Source of the DNA: Hyphomonadaceae bacterium
Lineage (GTDB): Bacteria > Pseudomonadota > Alphaproteobacteria > Caulobacterales > Aquidulcibacteraceae
Assembly (NCBI GenBank): GCA_021731965.1
Contig: JAKFWI010000037.1
Location: forward strand, 1 to 44,301
DNA: 44,301 nt
Reading direction: 5' to 3'
The translations under genes were made by a program, and so were the position numbers. The notes below the pieces were generated by a model. The model worked only from the letters and a program-made list of their open reading frames with translations. It had not been told where the DNA came from and made no database searches. Of the stretch, positions 8,983-18,985 are shown in pieces; within the stretch, counting starts at the first letter, position 1, and every line of letters begins with the position of its first letter.

Positions 8983-9100
8983 CGTCATGCCACCGGCTTG
9001 GCGCAGCCAAGATCGGTGGCATCCAGGGCCATGGTTCCCGCCGCTGCTGCGCACGGTGGGATGACGCAAAGCACGGCCTACGCACGGTGGGGTGACGCAA
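8983..9100. repeat. REP-like hairpin element (same family as 41043-41255) plus two direct GCACGGTGGGRTGACGCAA units
   Basis: CGTCATGCCACCGG...GATCGGTGGCATCC forms a 9-bp stem (ATGCCACCG/CGGTGGCAT). The element is bounded by CGTCATGCCACCGG (8983-8996) and its imperfect inverse ACGGTGGGATGACG (9053-9066). A second GCACGGTGGGGTGACGCAA unit lies at 9081-9099. Confidence 0.6.
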
Positions 9101-9134
9101 TTTCTAATCGACTGGATCCAGCCACTAGCCCCCC

Positions 9135-9773
9135 ATGCGCAAGCACCTCGACATGACCCCGCCTCGCCCTTATCTCATGCGCATGACTAGGTCGGCAAAA
9201 TCCGTGGGCTTTGGCCTCGCCTTTGTGGCCCTCACGGCCGTGGCCGGCTGCGCCCCGCGCCCACCGGTGGGCTGTGTCATCGATCTGCCTGGCGGGATAG
9301 GTGGCCCCTTCTCCTTGATCGACGAAAGCGGCAAAGCCGTCACACAAGCCGATTTCCTCGGCCGGCCGGCTTTGTTGTATTTCGGCTTCACCTTTTGCCC
9401 CGATGTCTGCCCGTTTTCGTTGCAATCGGCCAAGCTGGCGTTGGACTCCATGGGCCCCAAGGGGCGCAGCGTGCAGCCGGTGCTGATCAGCCTGGATCCG
9501 GAGCGCGACACCCCCCAGGTGCTGGCGCATTATGTGCTCTCGGATGGCTTTCCCACGGGCCTGCGCGGCTTGACCGGCACGCAAAAACAGGTCGCTGAGG
9601 CGGCCAAGACCTACAAGGTGGGGTGGGGAAAAACCGGCGCGGGCCCCGATTATCAGATCGAGCACACCTCATTTTTCTTCGTGCTCGATCGAAAAGGGCA
9701 CACGCGGGCGTTGTATTCCAGCGATCTCGACCCAGAAAGCGCGGGCGCTTGCATGGATGCTGCACTGCGTTAA
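9135..9773 (+). CDS. SCO1/SenC family copper chaperone (thioredoxin fold)
   Basis: 212 aa. It has a lipoprotein-like signal (LTAVAGC), the CxxxC motif FGFTFCPDVCP and the conserved His in IEHTSFFFVLD. Confidence 0.85.
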   Translation: MRKHLDMTPPRPYLMRMTRSAKSVGFGLAFVALTAVAGCAPRPPVGCVIDLPGGIGGPFSLIDESGKAVTQADFLGRPALLYFGFTFCPDVCPFSLQSAKLALDSMGPKGRSVQPVLISLDPERDTPQVLAHYVLSDGFPTGLRGLTGTQKQVAEAAKTYKVGWGKTGAGPDYQIEHTSFFFVLDRKGHTRALYSSDLDPESAGACMDAALR

Positions 9774-9875
9774 AGGATTGCCGCTCTGTTAACCGGGGCG
9801 TAGCCCTGACAGGTTAGTCTCGCCCGCACTTGCCGGTTCGCGCAAGCCCGGCACGCAATGGAGCGGTCCCGCCGC

Positions 9876-11162
9876 ATGCTGTATTCGCTGTATGAATTGA
9901 ACCGCGCCGCTTTTGCCCCGCTGCACGTGGCCGCAGCAACCCAAAGCGCTTTGCTGCGCAATCCCTTCAACCCAGCGGGCGAGACGCCGCTGGGCCGGGT
10001 GGCGGCCGCGGCCGGCGAATTGCTGGAATCGGTGACCCGCCGCTATCGCAAGCCCGAATGGAATTTGCCCAGCACGCAGATCAATGGTGTCGACGTTCCG
10101 GTCAGTCCACAAGTGAGCTGGTCCAGCCCCTGGTGCTCGCTGGTGCATTTCCGTCGCGCGCGGGCAGCTATGCAAGAAGCGGGCAAGACCGGCCCGGATC
10201 CGCGGGTGTTGATCGTCGCGCCCTTGTCGGGACATTACGCCACGCTGCTGCGCGGCACGGTCGAGGCGTTTTTGCCCGATCACGAGGTTTACATCACCGA
10301 TTGGGCGGATGCGCGCATGGCCCCCGTGGTTTTGGGGCGCTTCGATCTGCACGATTACATCGACCATATCCGCGTGATGCTGCGCAAAATCGGCCCGGGA
10401 GCGCACACGGTGGCGGTCTGCCAGCCGGGGCCGGCGGTGTTGGCCGCCATCGCTTTGATGGCCGAGGAGGCTGACCCGGCTTTACCCGCCAGCATGAGCT
10501 ATATGGGCTCGCCCATCGATGCGCGCTGCTCCCCCACTGTGCCGAACAAATTGGCGATGGAGCGCCCATTTGCCTGGTTTCGCGAGAACATGGTGCACAC
10601 CGTGCCGCCGGTCTATCCGGGCGCGTTCCGACAGGTTTACCCGGGCTTCGTGCAGCTCGCCAGCTTTATGGGCATGAATCTGGATCGCCACGTCAGTGCG
10701 CACTGGGAGTATTATGAGAATCTGGTCAAGGAAGATGGTGATAGCGCGGTGAAGCACCGTGAGTTTTATGATGAATATCTATCCGTGATGGATTTGACCG
10801 AAGAATTCTATTTGCAAACCATCAAGGATGTCTTCCAGGAATTCACGCTGGCCCGCGGTGTCTACGAGCATCGCGGCATCCTGGTGCGCCCCGCCGCCAT
10901 CGAAACCGTGGCGCTGATGACGGTGGAGGGGGAGAACGACGATATCTCCGGCATTGGCCAAACCCAAGCCGCCCACGATTTGTGCTCAGGCCTCCCGAAC
11001 GCGATGCGAATCGATTATGTTCAGGCGGACGTTGGCCATTACGGCGTGTTCAATGGTCGGCGCTTTCGCACGGAGATTTACCCACGCATGCGCGCATTCA
11101 TTCAGCAGTTTGATCGCCAGGAGGTGCCCGCTAGGCGCCGCGCCGACAGGATCAGCGCCTGA
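9876..11162 (+). CDS. phaZ: Intracellular polyhydroxyalkanoate depolymerase
   Basis: The N-terminus MLYSLYELNRAAFAPLH and overall ~430 aa length are typical of the intracellular PHB depolymerase family. The ORF is open from 9858; ATG 9876 is preferred. Confidence 0.88.
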   Translation: MLYSLYELNRAAFAPLHVAAATQSALLRNPFNPAGETPLGRVAAAAGELLESVTRRYRKPEWNLPSTQINGVDVPVSPQVSWSSPWCSLVHFRRARAAMQEAGKTGPDPRVLIVAPLSGHYATLLRGTVEAFLPDHEVYITDWADARMAPVVLGRFDLHDYIDHIRVMLRKIGPGAHTVAVCQPGPAVLAAIALMAEEADPALPASMSYMGSPIDARCSPTVPNKLAMERPFAWFRENMVHTVPPVYPGAFRQVYPGFVQLASFMGMNLDRHVSAHWEYYENLVKEDGDSAVKHREFYDEYLSVMDLTEEFYLQTIKDVFQEFTLARGVYEHRGILVRPAAIETVALMTVEGENDDISGIGQTQAAHDLCSGLPNAMRIDYVQADVGHYGVFNGRRFRTEIYPRMRAFIQQFDRQEVPARRRADRISA

Positions 11163-11221
11163 CCGCAGCGGCCACCCGCGTCACCATCAGTGCGCCGGAC
11201 GGCGCGGATTTCCCCGTTCGT

Positions 11222-11875
11222 TTGATCGTGCAGCCCAAGGCCCGGCGCATTGGCCTGCGCGTCGATCCAATTGCCCGCGAAGCCATCGCTTTTGCGCCCT
11301 CCCAGCGCAGTTTGCCGGCCGCTTTGGCCTTTGCCAAGGAACGCGCCGGCTGGCTGGCCGCGCAATTGCGCTCGCTGCGCCCGCGCACGGCGCTGGCCCC
11401 CGATGCCTGCATTCCGGTGTTTGGCCAGGCCACGATTCTCAAGCAAGCGGGCGCAGGCGGCCGGGCCCGGCTCGAGCCCGGCTCCCCGCCGCATTTTCTG
11501 ATCCCCTGCCCCGCGTCCGCAAGCTTTGAGGCCCGGGCGCTGCGCGGCCTGCAAGCGCTGGCGCTGCAAACGCTGACCGCGGAACTACAGGCCCCGATCG
11601 CGTTGTTTGGCGTGCAGCCGCGGCAGGTGCGCATCAAGGATACCCGTTCACGGTGGGGCTCGTGCACCAGCGCGGGGGTGCTGTCTTTCTCCTGGCGGGT
11701 GGTCATGGCCCCGTTGGCGGTCGTGCGTTATCTGGCGGTGCACGAAGTGGCGCATTTGCGCGAGATGAACCATTCGCCCGCCTTTTGGGATTTGGTCGCC
11801 AAAGCCGATCCCCATTACCGCAGCGCGCGCGCGTGGCTGCGTACACACGGCGCAAGCTTGCACGCGATTGGCTAA
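11222..11875 (+). CDS. YgjP-like (DUF45) zinc metallopeptidase-fold protein
   Basis: It has the HEXXH motif in YLAVHEVAHLREMNHSPAFW and SRWGSC upstream. The TTG start at 11222 is the first canonical start after the in-frame stop at 11132. Confidence 0.8.
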   Translation: MIVQPKARRIGLRVDPIAREAIAFAPSQRSLPAALAFAKERAGWLAAQLRSLRPRTALAPDACIPVFGQATILKQAGAGGRARLEPGSPPHFLIPCPASASFEARALRGLQALALQTLTAELQAPIALFGVQPRQVRIKDTRSRWGSCTSAGVLSFSWRVVMAPLAVVRYLAVHEVAHLREMNHSPAFWDLVAKADPHYRSARAWLRTHGASLHAIG

Positions 11876-11909
11876 AGCGGATCCCGATTCCCGCTAGAGT
11901 GGATTCCGA

Positions 11910-11930
11910 TTTGACCTATCTCAGGTCAAA
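11910..11930. terminator. Perfect 8-bp hairpin between convergent genes (possible bidirectional terminator)
   Basis: TTTGACCT-ATCTC-AGGTCAAA lies between the ygjP-like stop (11875) and the MCP stop (11998). Confidence 0.35.
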
Positions 11931-11997
11931 GCGGGCTTGTCCGCTCCACAGGAATCAATAGACCCGTAACGAGCGTGGCTATCGTGAATAAGCCGGG

Positions 11998-14178
11998 TTA
12001 GGCTGCAGCAAAGCGTTTGCCACCGGCGCGCGGGTAAGCCGGGGTGTTTTCGCGAAAGAAAGCGATGCGCGCCTCTAGGTCTTCGATATGGTGAGCCGCC
12101 TCATCCAGCGATTGATTGGTGCGGCTGGCCAGCGCCGCATTCATCTGGGTGATCTGATCGAGCTGGTTGACCGAGCGGTTGATCTCATCAAAGCCCTGCG
12201 ATTGCTCATGCGTTGAGGCGGAGATCTGCCGGATCAACGTGGTCACGTCATTCACCGCCGCGCGCACGGCCTCTTGGCTTTCGGCATTTTGCCGCACCAG
12301 ATCCACCCCGCCGCGCACTTCAATATTGGCGCTCTCGATCAATTGGCGAATATCGCGTGAGGCGGAATCGGTGCGCCCAGCCAGCGCCCGCACCTCGCCC
12401 GCCACCACCGCGAAGCCGCGGCCCGCATCGCCGGCCCGCGCCGCTTCCACCGAGGCATTCAGCGCCAGCAAATTGGTTTGGAAGGCGATGCTTTGGATCA
12501 AGCCCACGATTTCGGAAATCTTGGAGGTGCGCTCCTCGATGCGCTCCATCGCGGACATGGTCGTCACTGCCACCTTGGCACCAAGCTCGCTACCGGCAGA
12601 GGCCACTTCGGCGCGCCCGGCGGCGTTTTGCGCATTGCCCACCACCTCGCGCAGCGTGGCGGCCAGCTCTTCCATCGCTGCCGCGGTTTCTTCGAGGCTG
12701 GCGGCCTGCTGCTCGGTACGGGCCGCCAAATCGGTGGCGCCGGCGGCAATGCTGGATTGACTGGCGCGCACATTGCCTGCGGCGACGGCGATATCACGCG
12801 CGATCGCGCCCACGGCGGCGGCGGTACGATTGACGCTGTCCTGCAGCGTTTTGAATTGACCCATCCGCACGCCTTCGAAGCGCACGGTGACATCGCCCTC
12901 GCCCAAGCGCCCCAGCGCGCGATTGGCCTCCTCGAGCGAGCCTTCCACCACCTCGGCCTGACTGTTGAGATTATTGGCCAGCACTTCGAGAAATCCGCTT
13001 TTTCCCGCGATTGGGATACGCATGGTGAAATCACCCTGAGCGGCGCGCGTGCTCATCGCCTCGATCTCGAGGCGCGCGGCGAATTCATCGGTTTGATCGC
13101 GCCATTGCTCGACCTGGCCCAGGCGCTCCGCGTTAATGCCACGCACCGGCCATTCGGTCACGTGGAAAACCGCGCCGCCAAGGCGCACCAGACCGGCTTC
13201 GCTGGTGCTGGCGCGGCGCAAATCGCTCAAGGTACGCCCGATGACGCGATCGGGGTGAAAATCGGGCTGGACTTCACGGAAATCGGCCAAGCGGGCCTGC
13301 GCCATGCTGACAAAGGCGCGATTGGCACTGGTGATGACGCCTTCGGCATCGGCGATAAGGAAAGGCGTGGCGCTATCGGTGACGGCGGCCTCCGCCCGGA
13401 AAGCCGAAATGGTGATGGCCCGCAGCGCCTCGAGGCTTTGCGCCATCGCACCGAGCGCATCGGGCCGATCAATCCCCTGGATCTCGACATCTGTTTCGCG
13501 CGCAGCGATGCGGCGCTGGGCCTGCACCAAGGTGCCAAGCCCCGCGCGAATGGTGGAATGCACCCACCAGCCCAGCGCGCTCATCAGCGTCAAAGCCAGC
13601 ACGCCCGCCGCCAGAATTTGCCATAGCGCGCGGGTTTGCGCTGCATCGGCGCTGGCTTGCATCGCATCGGCCGCCGCCTCAAGCGCGCCGCGCACCGCAT
13701 CATTGCGGGCCTCCAAAGCGGAGAATGCCTGGTCAAAGCTTTCGTATTCCGCTGGGCTCAATCTGCCCGCGAATGCGGTTTCGACGGCTGCTTGCGCGGC
13801 GGCGATATAAGCGTTGAGATCGCCTTCGACCTCCGCGATCTTGCTGCCCACGTCTTGCGGCAGCGACATGGCTCTGTTCGCCGCGAGCATTTCTTGAAAT
13901 AAATGCGCATGGGCGGCCAAGGCTTGCTCAATCTCACGCCGCTCGCTGGCTGAGCCGCCACCCAGCAGCCGCGCATTGAGCACGTCGCTATTCAGCGCAT
14001 CATGCATCATGTCGCTGACCCCGAAATTCAGCGCCGCCTGATCGATTTCGCGCACATCGCGCACCGTCGCGGCATAGCCCACCAGTGAACTGGCAGCGAT
14101 GGCGCTCACGCCCGCCAAGAGGCCCGCGCCCCCCAGGATCAAGGCACCAATGCGCCAACCGATAGGAATATAGGCCAT
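11998..14178 (-). CDS. Methyl-accepting chemotaxis protein (helical periplasmic sensor, HAMP, cytoplasmic PAS-like module, MA signalling domain)
   Basis: The C-terminal region has the highly conserved MCP hairpin (IAFQTNLLALNASVEAARAGDAGRGFAVVAGEVRALA). There are two TM helices. The start is trimmed to MAYIPIGW (ATG 14178), preceded by AAGGAG. Confidence 0.9.
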   Translation of the reverse strand: MAYIPIGWRIGALILGGAGLLAGVSAIAASSLVGYAATVRDVREIDQAALNFGVSDMMHDALNSDVLNARLLGGGSASERREIEQALAAHAHLFQEMLAANRAMSLPQDVGSKIAEVEGDLNAYIAAAQAAVETAFAGRLSPAEYESFDQAFSALEARNDAVRGALEAAADAMQASADAAQTRALWQILAAGVLALTLMSALGWWVHSTIRAGLGTLVQAQRRIAARETDVEIQGIDRPDALGAMAQSLEALRAITISAFRAEAAVTDSATPFLIADAEGVITSANRAFVSMAQARLADFREVQPDFHPDRVIGRTLSDLRRASTSEAGLVRLGGAVFHVTEWPVRGINAERLGQVEQWRDQTDEFAARLEIEAMSTRAAQGDFTMRIPIAGKSGFLEVLANNLNSQAEVVEGSLEEANRALGRLGEGDVTVRFEGVRMGQFKTLQDSVNRTAAAVGAIARDIAVAAGNVRASQSSIAAGATDLAARTEQQAASLEETAAAMEELAATLREVVGNAQNAAGRAEVASAGSELGAKVAVTTMSAMERIEERTSKISEIVGLIQSIAFQTNLLALNASVEAARAGDAGRGFAVVAGEVRALAGRTDSASRDIRQLIESANIEVRGGVDLVRQNAESQEAVRAAVNDVTTLIRQISASTHEQSQGFDEINRSVNQLDQITQMNAALASRTNQSLDEAAHHIEDLEARIAFFRENTPAYPRAGGKRFAAA

Positions 14179-14467
14179 GCCGCGCTCCTTGGCTGAGGGG
14201 CCGGTCAGTCCAACACGGACAGCTCGAACCGTCAGGCTCACACCAACACACCAAAGCATCAGCGCACGCTCCAGCTTAGCCAGCGGGATGAGAACACTGC
14301 TTTGACGTATTCGAGGAAAAGCTGATCGCATTAAAAAAGTGTATCCGCCGCAACCCCCGCGGGCAGCGCAGCAATCGCCATACACAAAGTATAAACCAAG
14401 TTGTTGGGTCAAATTATTACACCATTTTATGTATGACGCGGCTCATTATTGGTGAGCTGCTACAAAA

Positions 14468-15709
14468 ATGTACTCCTCTTTAAACATTCGCGCAGCGCGT
14501 TTGCTCGCTCCTTGTGTTGTGGCGATGCTGGCATGTGTTGCCACGGCCCACGCGCAGACTGATGCGCGCGATCGCGGCGACGGTTGGCGCTCCGCGCCAA
14601 TCTTTGAAGCGCTGAGCTTTGAGGCAAGTTATGTGGCGGATGGCATCGGGGTAATCAGCGGCGGCGTGGCGCGCGATGCGGCCTATCTCGATAACCTGTC
14701 CTTGGCCGTGGATGTGGATTTGGAAAAGGCTTTGCGCTGGCGCGGCGCGGCGCTTCACCTTCAAGGCCTCAGCAATCTGGGCGGCAAGCCCAACGCCTTT
14801 GTCGGCACCCTGGAAGGCGTGGACAACATAGAGGTCGCGGATGCGCGGCCCAAATTGTTTGAGCTCTGGCTGGAGCAAAAGCTGTTTCAGGAACGGCTGG
14901 CGCTCGCAATTGGCTTTTTTGATCTCAACGCCAGTTATTATGCCAATGATGCCGCGGGTATCTTTTTGTCGCCTCCCTTCGGCATTGGATCGGAATTGGC
15001 CTCCACTGGGCCGAGCGGCCCCTCTATTTTCCCTTCGACGGCCTTGGGTTTTAGCGCCCGTGCGCAGCTGCGCCGCGATCTCTATGTGCAGGGCGCGGTT
15101 GTCGATGCATCGGCGGGCGTGCTGGGTGATGCGGGCGGCTACCAAGCCAGCCTCAGCGATGGGGTTTTGCTGATCGCGGAAATCGGCGCGCAAAATGAGA
15201 CGGCAGGCAAGGTCGCTGTCGGCTTTTGGGGCTATTCCAATCGCCAACAGCGGCTGCTGGTGATTGAGGGTGAGCCAGAACGCACGCCAGCGCAGGGCGT
15301 CTATTTGCTCACCGAGCTCGCGCTCAACCATCCTGAGGACGGTGTGCGCTTGCTGCGCGCCTTCGCCCGCATCGGCGCTTCTGACGCGGATACAACGCCC
15401 TTCGCTGGCGGCGCTCAGGCCGGCCTGCATTTGGCGCGCCCCTTCGCCAGCCGCCCCGACGCGGCCTTTGGCCTCGGCGTGCATTACGGGGCCATTTCAT
15501 CGGACGCGCGCTTTCTCGCGCAGCAAGACGGCGCGCGCGCCAGCCGCGGCGAGTTTGGCGTCGAGATCACTTATGCCGATCAACTGACGCCCTGGCTAAG
15601 CGTGCAGCCGGATTTGCAGGTGCTGTTTAATCCGGGCGGGGACCGCGACGCGCCGGTGGCGCTGGTGGCCGGTTTGCGGCTGACGCTCTCGTTTGCCTCG
15701 AGCCGCTGA
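14468..15709 (+). CDS. oprB: OprB-family carbohydrate-selective porin
   Basis: 413 aa with a signal peptide ending AHAQ. LWLEQKLFQERLALAIGFFDLNASYY and the C-terminal beta-strand pattern are typical of OprB porins. Confidence 0.8.
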   Translation: MYSSLNIRAARLLAPCVVAMLACVATAHAQTDARDRGDGWRSAPIFEALSFEASYVADGIGVISGGVARDAAYLDNLSLAVDVDLEKALRWRGAALHLQGLSNLGGKPNAFVGTLEGVDNIEVADARPKLFELWLEQKLFQERLALAIGFFDLNASYYANDAAGIFLSPPFGIGSELASTGPSGPSIFPSTALGFSARAQLRRDLYVQGAVVDASAGVLGDAGGYQASLSDGVLLIAEIGAQNETAGKVAVGFWGYSNRQQRLLVIEGEPERTPAQGVYLLTELALNHPEDGVRLLRAFARIGASDADTTPFAGGAQAGLHLARPFASRPDAAFGLGVHYGAISSDARFLAQQDGARASRGEFGVEITYADQLTPWLSVQPDLQVLFNPGGDRDAPVALVAGLRLTLSFASSR

Positions 15710-15785
15710 GGCGCGCAAATACGCATTTCGGGTTGACCTGCGCGGCGCGGTGGGCGATCAGCGGAGCAGATCGGGAGATGCGCTG

Positions 15786-17024
15786 ATGCACCCTCTACGC
15801 CTCTATTGCGCCGCGCTGGCGCTCGCTGCTTTGGGCGCCTGCGTCTCGGCCCCCAAGCCCGGCCACCAAGGCCCGGCCGCGCCGAGCGCTGCAACGCCGC
15901 AGGGCCCCACCTTCAAGCTCGAGCCGATCGGGTTTGGCGATCTGCCCGGCTGGGCCAATGCCGAACTCGCGCCCGGCCTGGAAGCTTTTCAGCGCCAGTG
16001 CGCGGTATGGTCCAAGCTCGCGCCGGAGACGCCCATTTCCCGCTTTGGGGCCCCCTATGGCGGGCTGGTGGGGCAATGGGCCAATGCCTGTGCGGGCGCC
16101 CTTTCCGCCACGCCCGATACGGCGCGAAGCTTTTTCCAGGCCCAGTTCGTGCCGCAGCGCGTGATCAGCCAGAATGGTCAAGCCAAGCTGACCGCATATT
16201 ACGAACCCGCGATCGCGGCCCGGCGCACCCCCGAGCCAGGCTTTTCCGAGCCTTTGCTCTATCGGCCGGACGATATCGTGCAGGTCGATATCGCGGCCTT
16301 CGCGCAGCAATTGGACAATGAACCCTTGCGCGGCGCGCCGCGCCGCTTGACGGGCCAAATCCGCGATGGGCGCGTCGGCCCCTATCCCGAGCGCGCAGCC
16401 ATTGCGCGCGCGCCCTATTCCTCGATCGCCTGGGCCAATCCGGCGGATGTCTATAACCTGCAAGTGCAGGGCTCTGGCCGCTTGGTCTTTCCCGACGGCA
16501 CGCAAGTGCGGGCCGCTTTCGCAGCGCAAAACGGCTATAAGTGGCGCTCCGCTCTGGGCACAGCGCGCGAGCAAGGCAAGCTTGCGCCCTATCCTGGCGG
16601 CAGCTGGGCGGCCTTCCGTGCCTATCTGGACGCCAATCCCGGAGACGTTCGCGCCGCGCTCGATTCCGATCCAAGCTATGTGTTCTTCACCGAAGAAGCG
16701 ATCGCGGATCCGTCGCTGGGGCCACGCGGCGCGGCGGGCGTGCCGCTGACGGCCGGCGGCTCGCTGGCGGTCGATCCGGCCTTCCACCCTTATGGTGCAC
16801 CCTTGGTCGTCGTGCTGGAGGGGAAGCCAGCGTTCCCGCGCGTGCTGATCGCGCAGGATACCGGCGGGGCCATTCGGCGCGGCCCGCTGCGCGGCGACAT
16901 GTTCATGGGAAGCGGCGCGCAAGCCGGCAGCTCGGCCGAGCAACTCAACGCCGATAACCCGCGCTTTTATGTGTTGTTGCCAAAGCCGCAAATCGTGGCC
17001 GAAATCGCACCAAGCCAGCGCTAA
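15786..17024 (+). CDS. mltA: Membrane-bound lytic murein transglycosylase A
   Basis: The start is trimmed to MHPLRLYCAALALAALGAC (lipobox LGAC). It has an MltA-specific domain and a C-terminal 3D domain (AQDTGGAIRRGPLRGDMFMGSG). Confidence 0.9.
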   Translation: MHPLRLYCAALALAALGACVSAPKPGHQGPAAPSAATPQGPTFKLEPIGFGDLPGWANAELAPGLEAFQRQCAVWSKLAPETPISRFGAPYGGLVGQWANACAGALSATPDTARSFFQAQFVPQRVISQNGQAKLTAYYEPAIAARRTPEPGFSEPLLYRPDDIVQVDIAAFAQQLDNEPLRGAPRRLTGQIRDGRVGPYPERAAIARAPYSSIAWANPADVYNLQVQGSGRLVFPDGTQVRAAFAAQNGYKWRSALGTAREQGKLAPYPGGSWAAFRAYLDANPGDVRAALDSDPSYVFFTEEAIADPSLGPRGAAGVPLTAGGSLAVDPAFHPYGAPLVVVLEGKPAFPRVLIAQDTGGAIRRGPLRGDMFMGSGAQAGSSAEQLNADNPRFYVLLPKPQIVAEIAPSQR

Positions 17025-17119
17025 TCCCTGGCACCGACTTGCATGACGGCGCGCGCTTGCGCACAGTTTGGCTGGGTGCGGCGCGCGCGCGTACGCCAAA
17101 CACAAAGCCGGGGGGAAGC

Positions 17120-18985
17120 ATGTCCAGGAAAAAGCGCTACGGCAATTTCAGCGCCCATCGGGCCGCTTATGCATCGCGCTCTGCCCATCAAAACGCGCCG
17201 CCGATGCGCGCGCTGTTGATCATTCTCCTGTTTTGTGCGTGGGCAATCCCCGGATGGCTGGCTTTTTCCCAAGAAAACCATAAGCCGCTCGATACCACCT
17301 ATGCCACCTTTACCCTGCTTGGGGCCAGCAAGGACAATATTTCCGTCGATGGGTCGCTAAAGGAAATAGCGCGCCTTGCCGGTTTGGCTTTGCCCTTTGT
17401 TGGGGTGCTGTTCGCTTTCTATGGCGTCCTGGTGCGCACGCTGTGCCGCACCTATCTGCGCTTCGCCAAGGGCCATGTGGTCATCGCCGGCGAGGGCCCG
17501 GCGGCGCTGCATTTGGCGGAGCGCTGCGCCAAGCTTGGCCACGCCGTGGTCTTGATCCACCAAAGCCTGCAAAAAGAAACCGTCGTGGGGCTGGCCAAGC
17601 AGAAAATCATCGTGCTTGAGGGCGATGCCTCCTTGGTCGCCTTCTTGAACACCGCACGCGCCGCCTTCGCCGCCCAGTTCTGCGCCATGATGGAGGATGA
17701 GGCCGCAAATCTGCGCATCGAAGCGGCGTGCCAATCGGTGGCCGCCCAGCACCGCAAGGCCCGCACCCCATTGATTCTGCATTTGCTGTTGCCGACCAGC
17801 CAATTGCGCCGTGAAGCGCGTGATTTGCGCCAAACCCTGGAGAATGATCGCAAAGCCAAATTGGCCAAGGGAGAGCCCAAGGCGGCACCTGCGCGCGTTG
17901 ACACGCGCCCGTTTTCGCTCGCTGAAACAGGCGTGCGCCAAGCGATGATCAGCTTGGCACCCGCTCTGCTGGATCGCTGCGTAGCCGAAGCGCAGCCCGG
18001 GCCGCATTTGTTGCTGATCGGCTTTGACGATACCAATGAGGCCATGGCCGCCTGGGTCCTGACCCGGATGTGGTCTGCGCATTTAGGGCCACCGCGGGTG
18101 ACGGTGCTATCAGCGAGCGCCGCGCATAGCCAAAGCCGTTTTGAGGCGCATTTCCCGCAGGCGCAAGCCCATGAGGTCTGGCGGGCCGATATCGCCTTCA
18201 TCGACCTGCCCGATTCCGACTTCGCGGTGAGCCCGAAGGCGCTGGCCCAGATCGAGGCGCAGCGGGGGGCCTTCACCGCCATCTGCGTGTGTGAAAGCGA
18301 TGACGACCGCACGCTGAGCTCCGCACTTGGCCTGATGCGGATCTATGATGGGGAAGCCGCCCGCCCCATGCCGATTTTGATGCGCGAGACCACCTGGTCC
18401 GAGTTTTCCAAACGCTATGGTCGCAGCGCAGCGCCCGAAAACGCGGACAGGCCGTATCTCGTGGCCTTTGGCCAAATCCAGAGCGTCTCCGAGCCTGATG
18501 TGCTGCTGGAGGGCGAAATGGATCGCGCGGCGGCGCTGTGCCACCTTGCCTATGAAGCCTTTATGCAAGGCGAGCGCAGCGCCGATCCGCAACGCAAAAT
18601 GGATAGCGCTGCACGCGGCGGCTGGGAGCAGCTTGGTGAAACCTATCGCCATGCCAATCGCGCGGTCGCTGATCACGCCGTGGTGAAGATCTGGGACGGC
18701 GGCCTGCGGCCGGCCGCCTCCGGTGATCACGGGGAGCGCACCGCGCAATTTGATCCTGATATCGCCGAAAGCCTCGCGATGGTGGAACATGCGCGCTGGA
18801 ATGCCGAACGCATTCTTGATGGCTGGATGCCCGGGCCAACGCGCAATGACCGCGCCCGCATCCACCCCTGCCTCGTGCCCTGGGATAGCCTCAACACCGA
18901 GAACAAAAAAAAGGATCGCGAGATGGTTGCCCTATCGGCCACCGCAACACGCTGGATCTATCCGCACGGATTGGTGCGGCGCTAA
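17120..18985 (+). CDS. Membrane protein with two Rossmann-like (TrkA-N/RCK-like) modules and a C-terminal RyR domain
   Basis: Two N-terminal TM helices are followed by VVIAGEGPAALHLAERCAKLGHAVVLI (GxGxxA Rossmann) and a second LLLIGFDDTNEAMA module. The C-terminal VEHARWNAERILDGWMPGPTRNDRARIHPCLVPWDSLNTENKKKDR matches the RyR repeat consensus. GGGGAAG precedes ATG 17120. Confidence 0.75.
   Translation: MSRKKRYGNFSAHRAAYASRSAHQNAPPMRALLIILLFCAWAIPGWLAFSQENHKPLDTTYATFTLLGASKDNISVDGSLKEIARLAGLALPFVGVLFAFYGVLVRTLCRTYLRFAKGHVVIAGEGPAALHLAERCAKLGHAVVLIHQSLQKETVVGLAKQKIIVLEGDASLVAFLNTARAAFAAQFCAMMEDEAANLRIEAACQSVAAQHRKARTPLILHLLLPTSQLRREARDLRQTLENDRKAKLAKGEPKAAPARVDTRPFSLAETGVRQAMISLAPALLDRCVAEAQPGPHLLLIGFDDTNEAMAAWVLTRMWSAHLGPPRVTVLSASAAHSQSRFEAHFPQAQAHEVWRADIAFIDLPDSDFAVSPKALAQIEAQRGAFTAICVCESDDDRTLSSALGLMRIYDGEAARPMPILMRETTWSEFSKRYGRSAAPENADRPYLVAFGQIQSVSEPDVLLEGEMDRAAALCHLAYEAFMQGERSADPQRKMDSAARGGWEQLGETYRHANRAVADHAVVKIWDGGLRPAASGDHGERTAQFDPDIAESLAMVEHARWNAERILDGWMPGPTRNDRARIHPCLVPWDSLNTENKKKDREMVALSATATRWIYPHGLVRR

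Noticed and set aside
8803-9069. An 88-aa minus-strand ORF in the hpt / SCO1 intergenic region.
   Set aside because: It is made up of REP-like repeat sequence, has low-complexity Arg/Gly-rich content, and has no RBS.
12478-13626. Long antisense ORFs opposite real genes: 12478-13626, 14480-15484, 15795-17105, 2288-3295, 3460-4350, 19990-20919, 23883-24947, 24934-25773, 34645-35565, 35549-36574, 37377-38378, 39397-40233, 43025-43783.
   Set aside because: These are typical high-GC shadow ORFs. They are Arg/Ala/Gly/Pro-rich, carry no recognisable motifs, and each fully overlaps a gene with strong family signatures on the other strand.
14179-14412. N-terminal extensions given by the ORF track: MCP 14179-14412, mmsA 43670-43816, prfA 32147-32374, mltA 15693-15785, the RyR gene 17039-17119, ispG 35551-35616, the Sel1 gene 42162-42227, and the TldD-like gene 29772-29822.
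   Set aside because: Internal ATGs with good Shine-Dalgarno sequences give family-typical N-termini or signal peptides. The extensions are Cys/Arg-rich and atypical.
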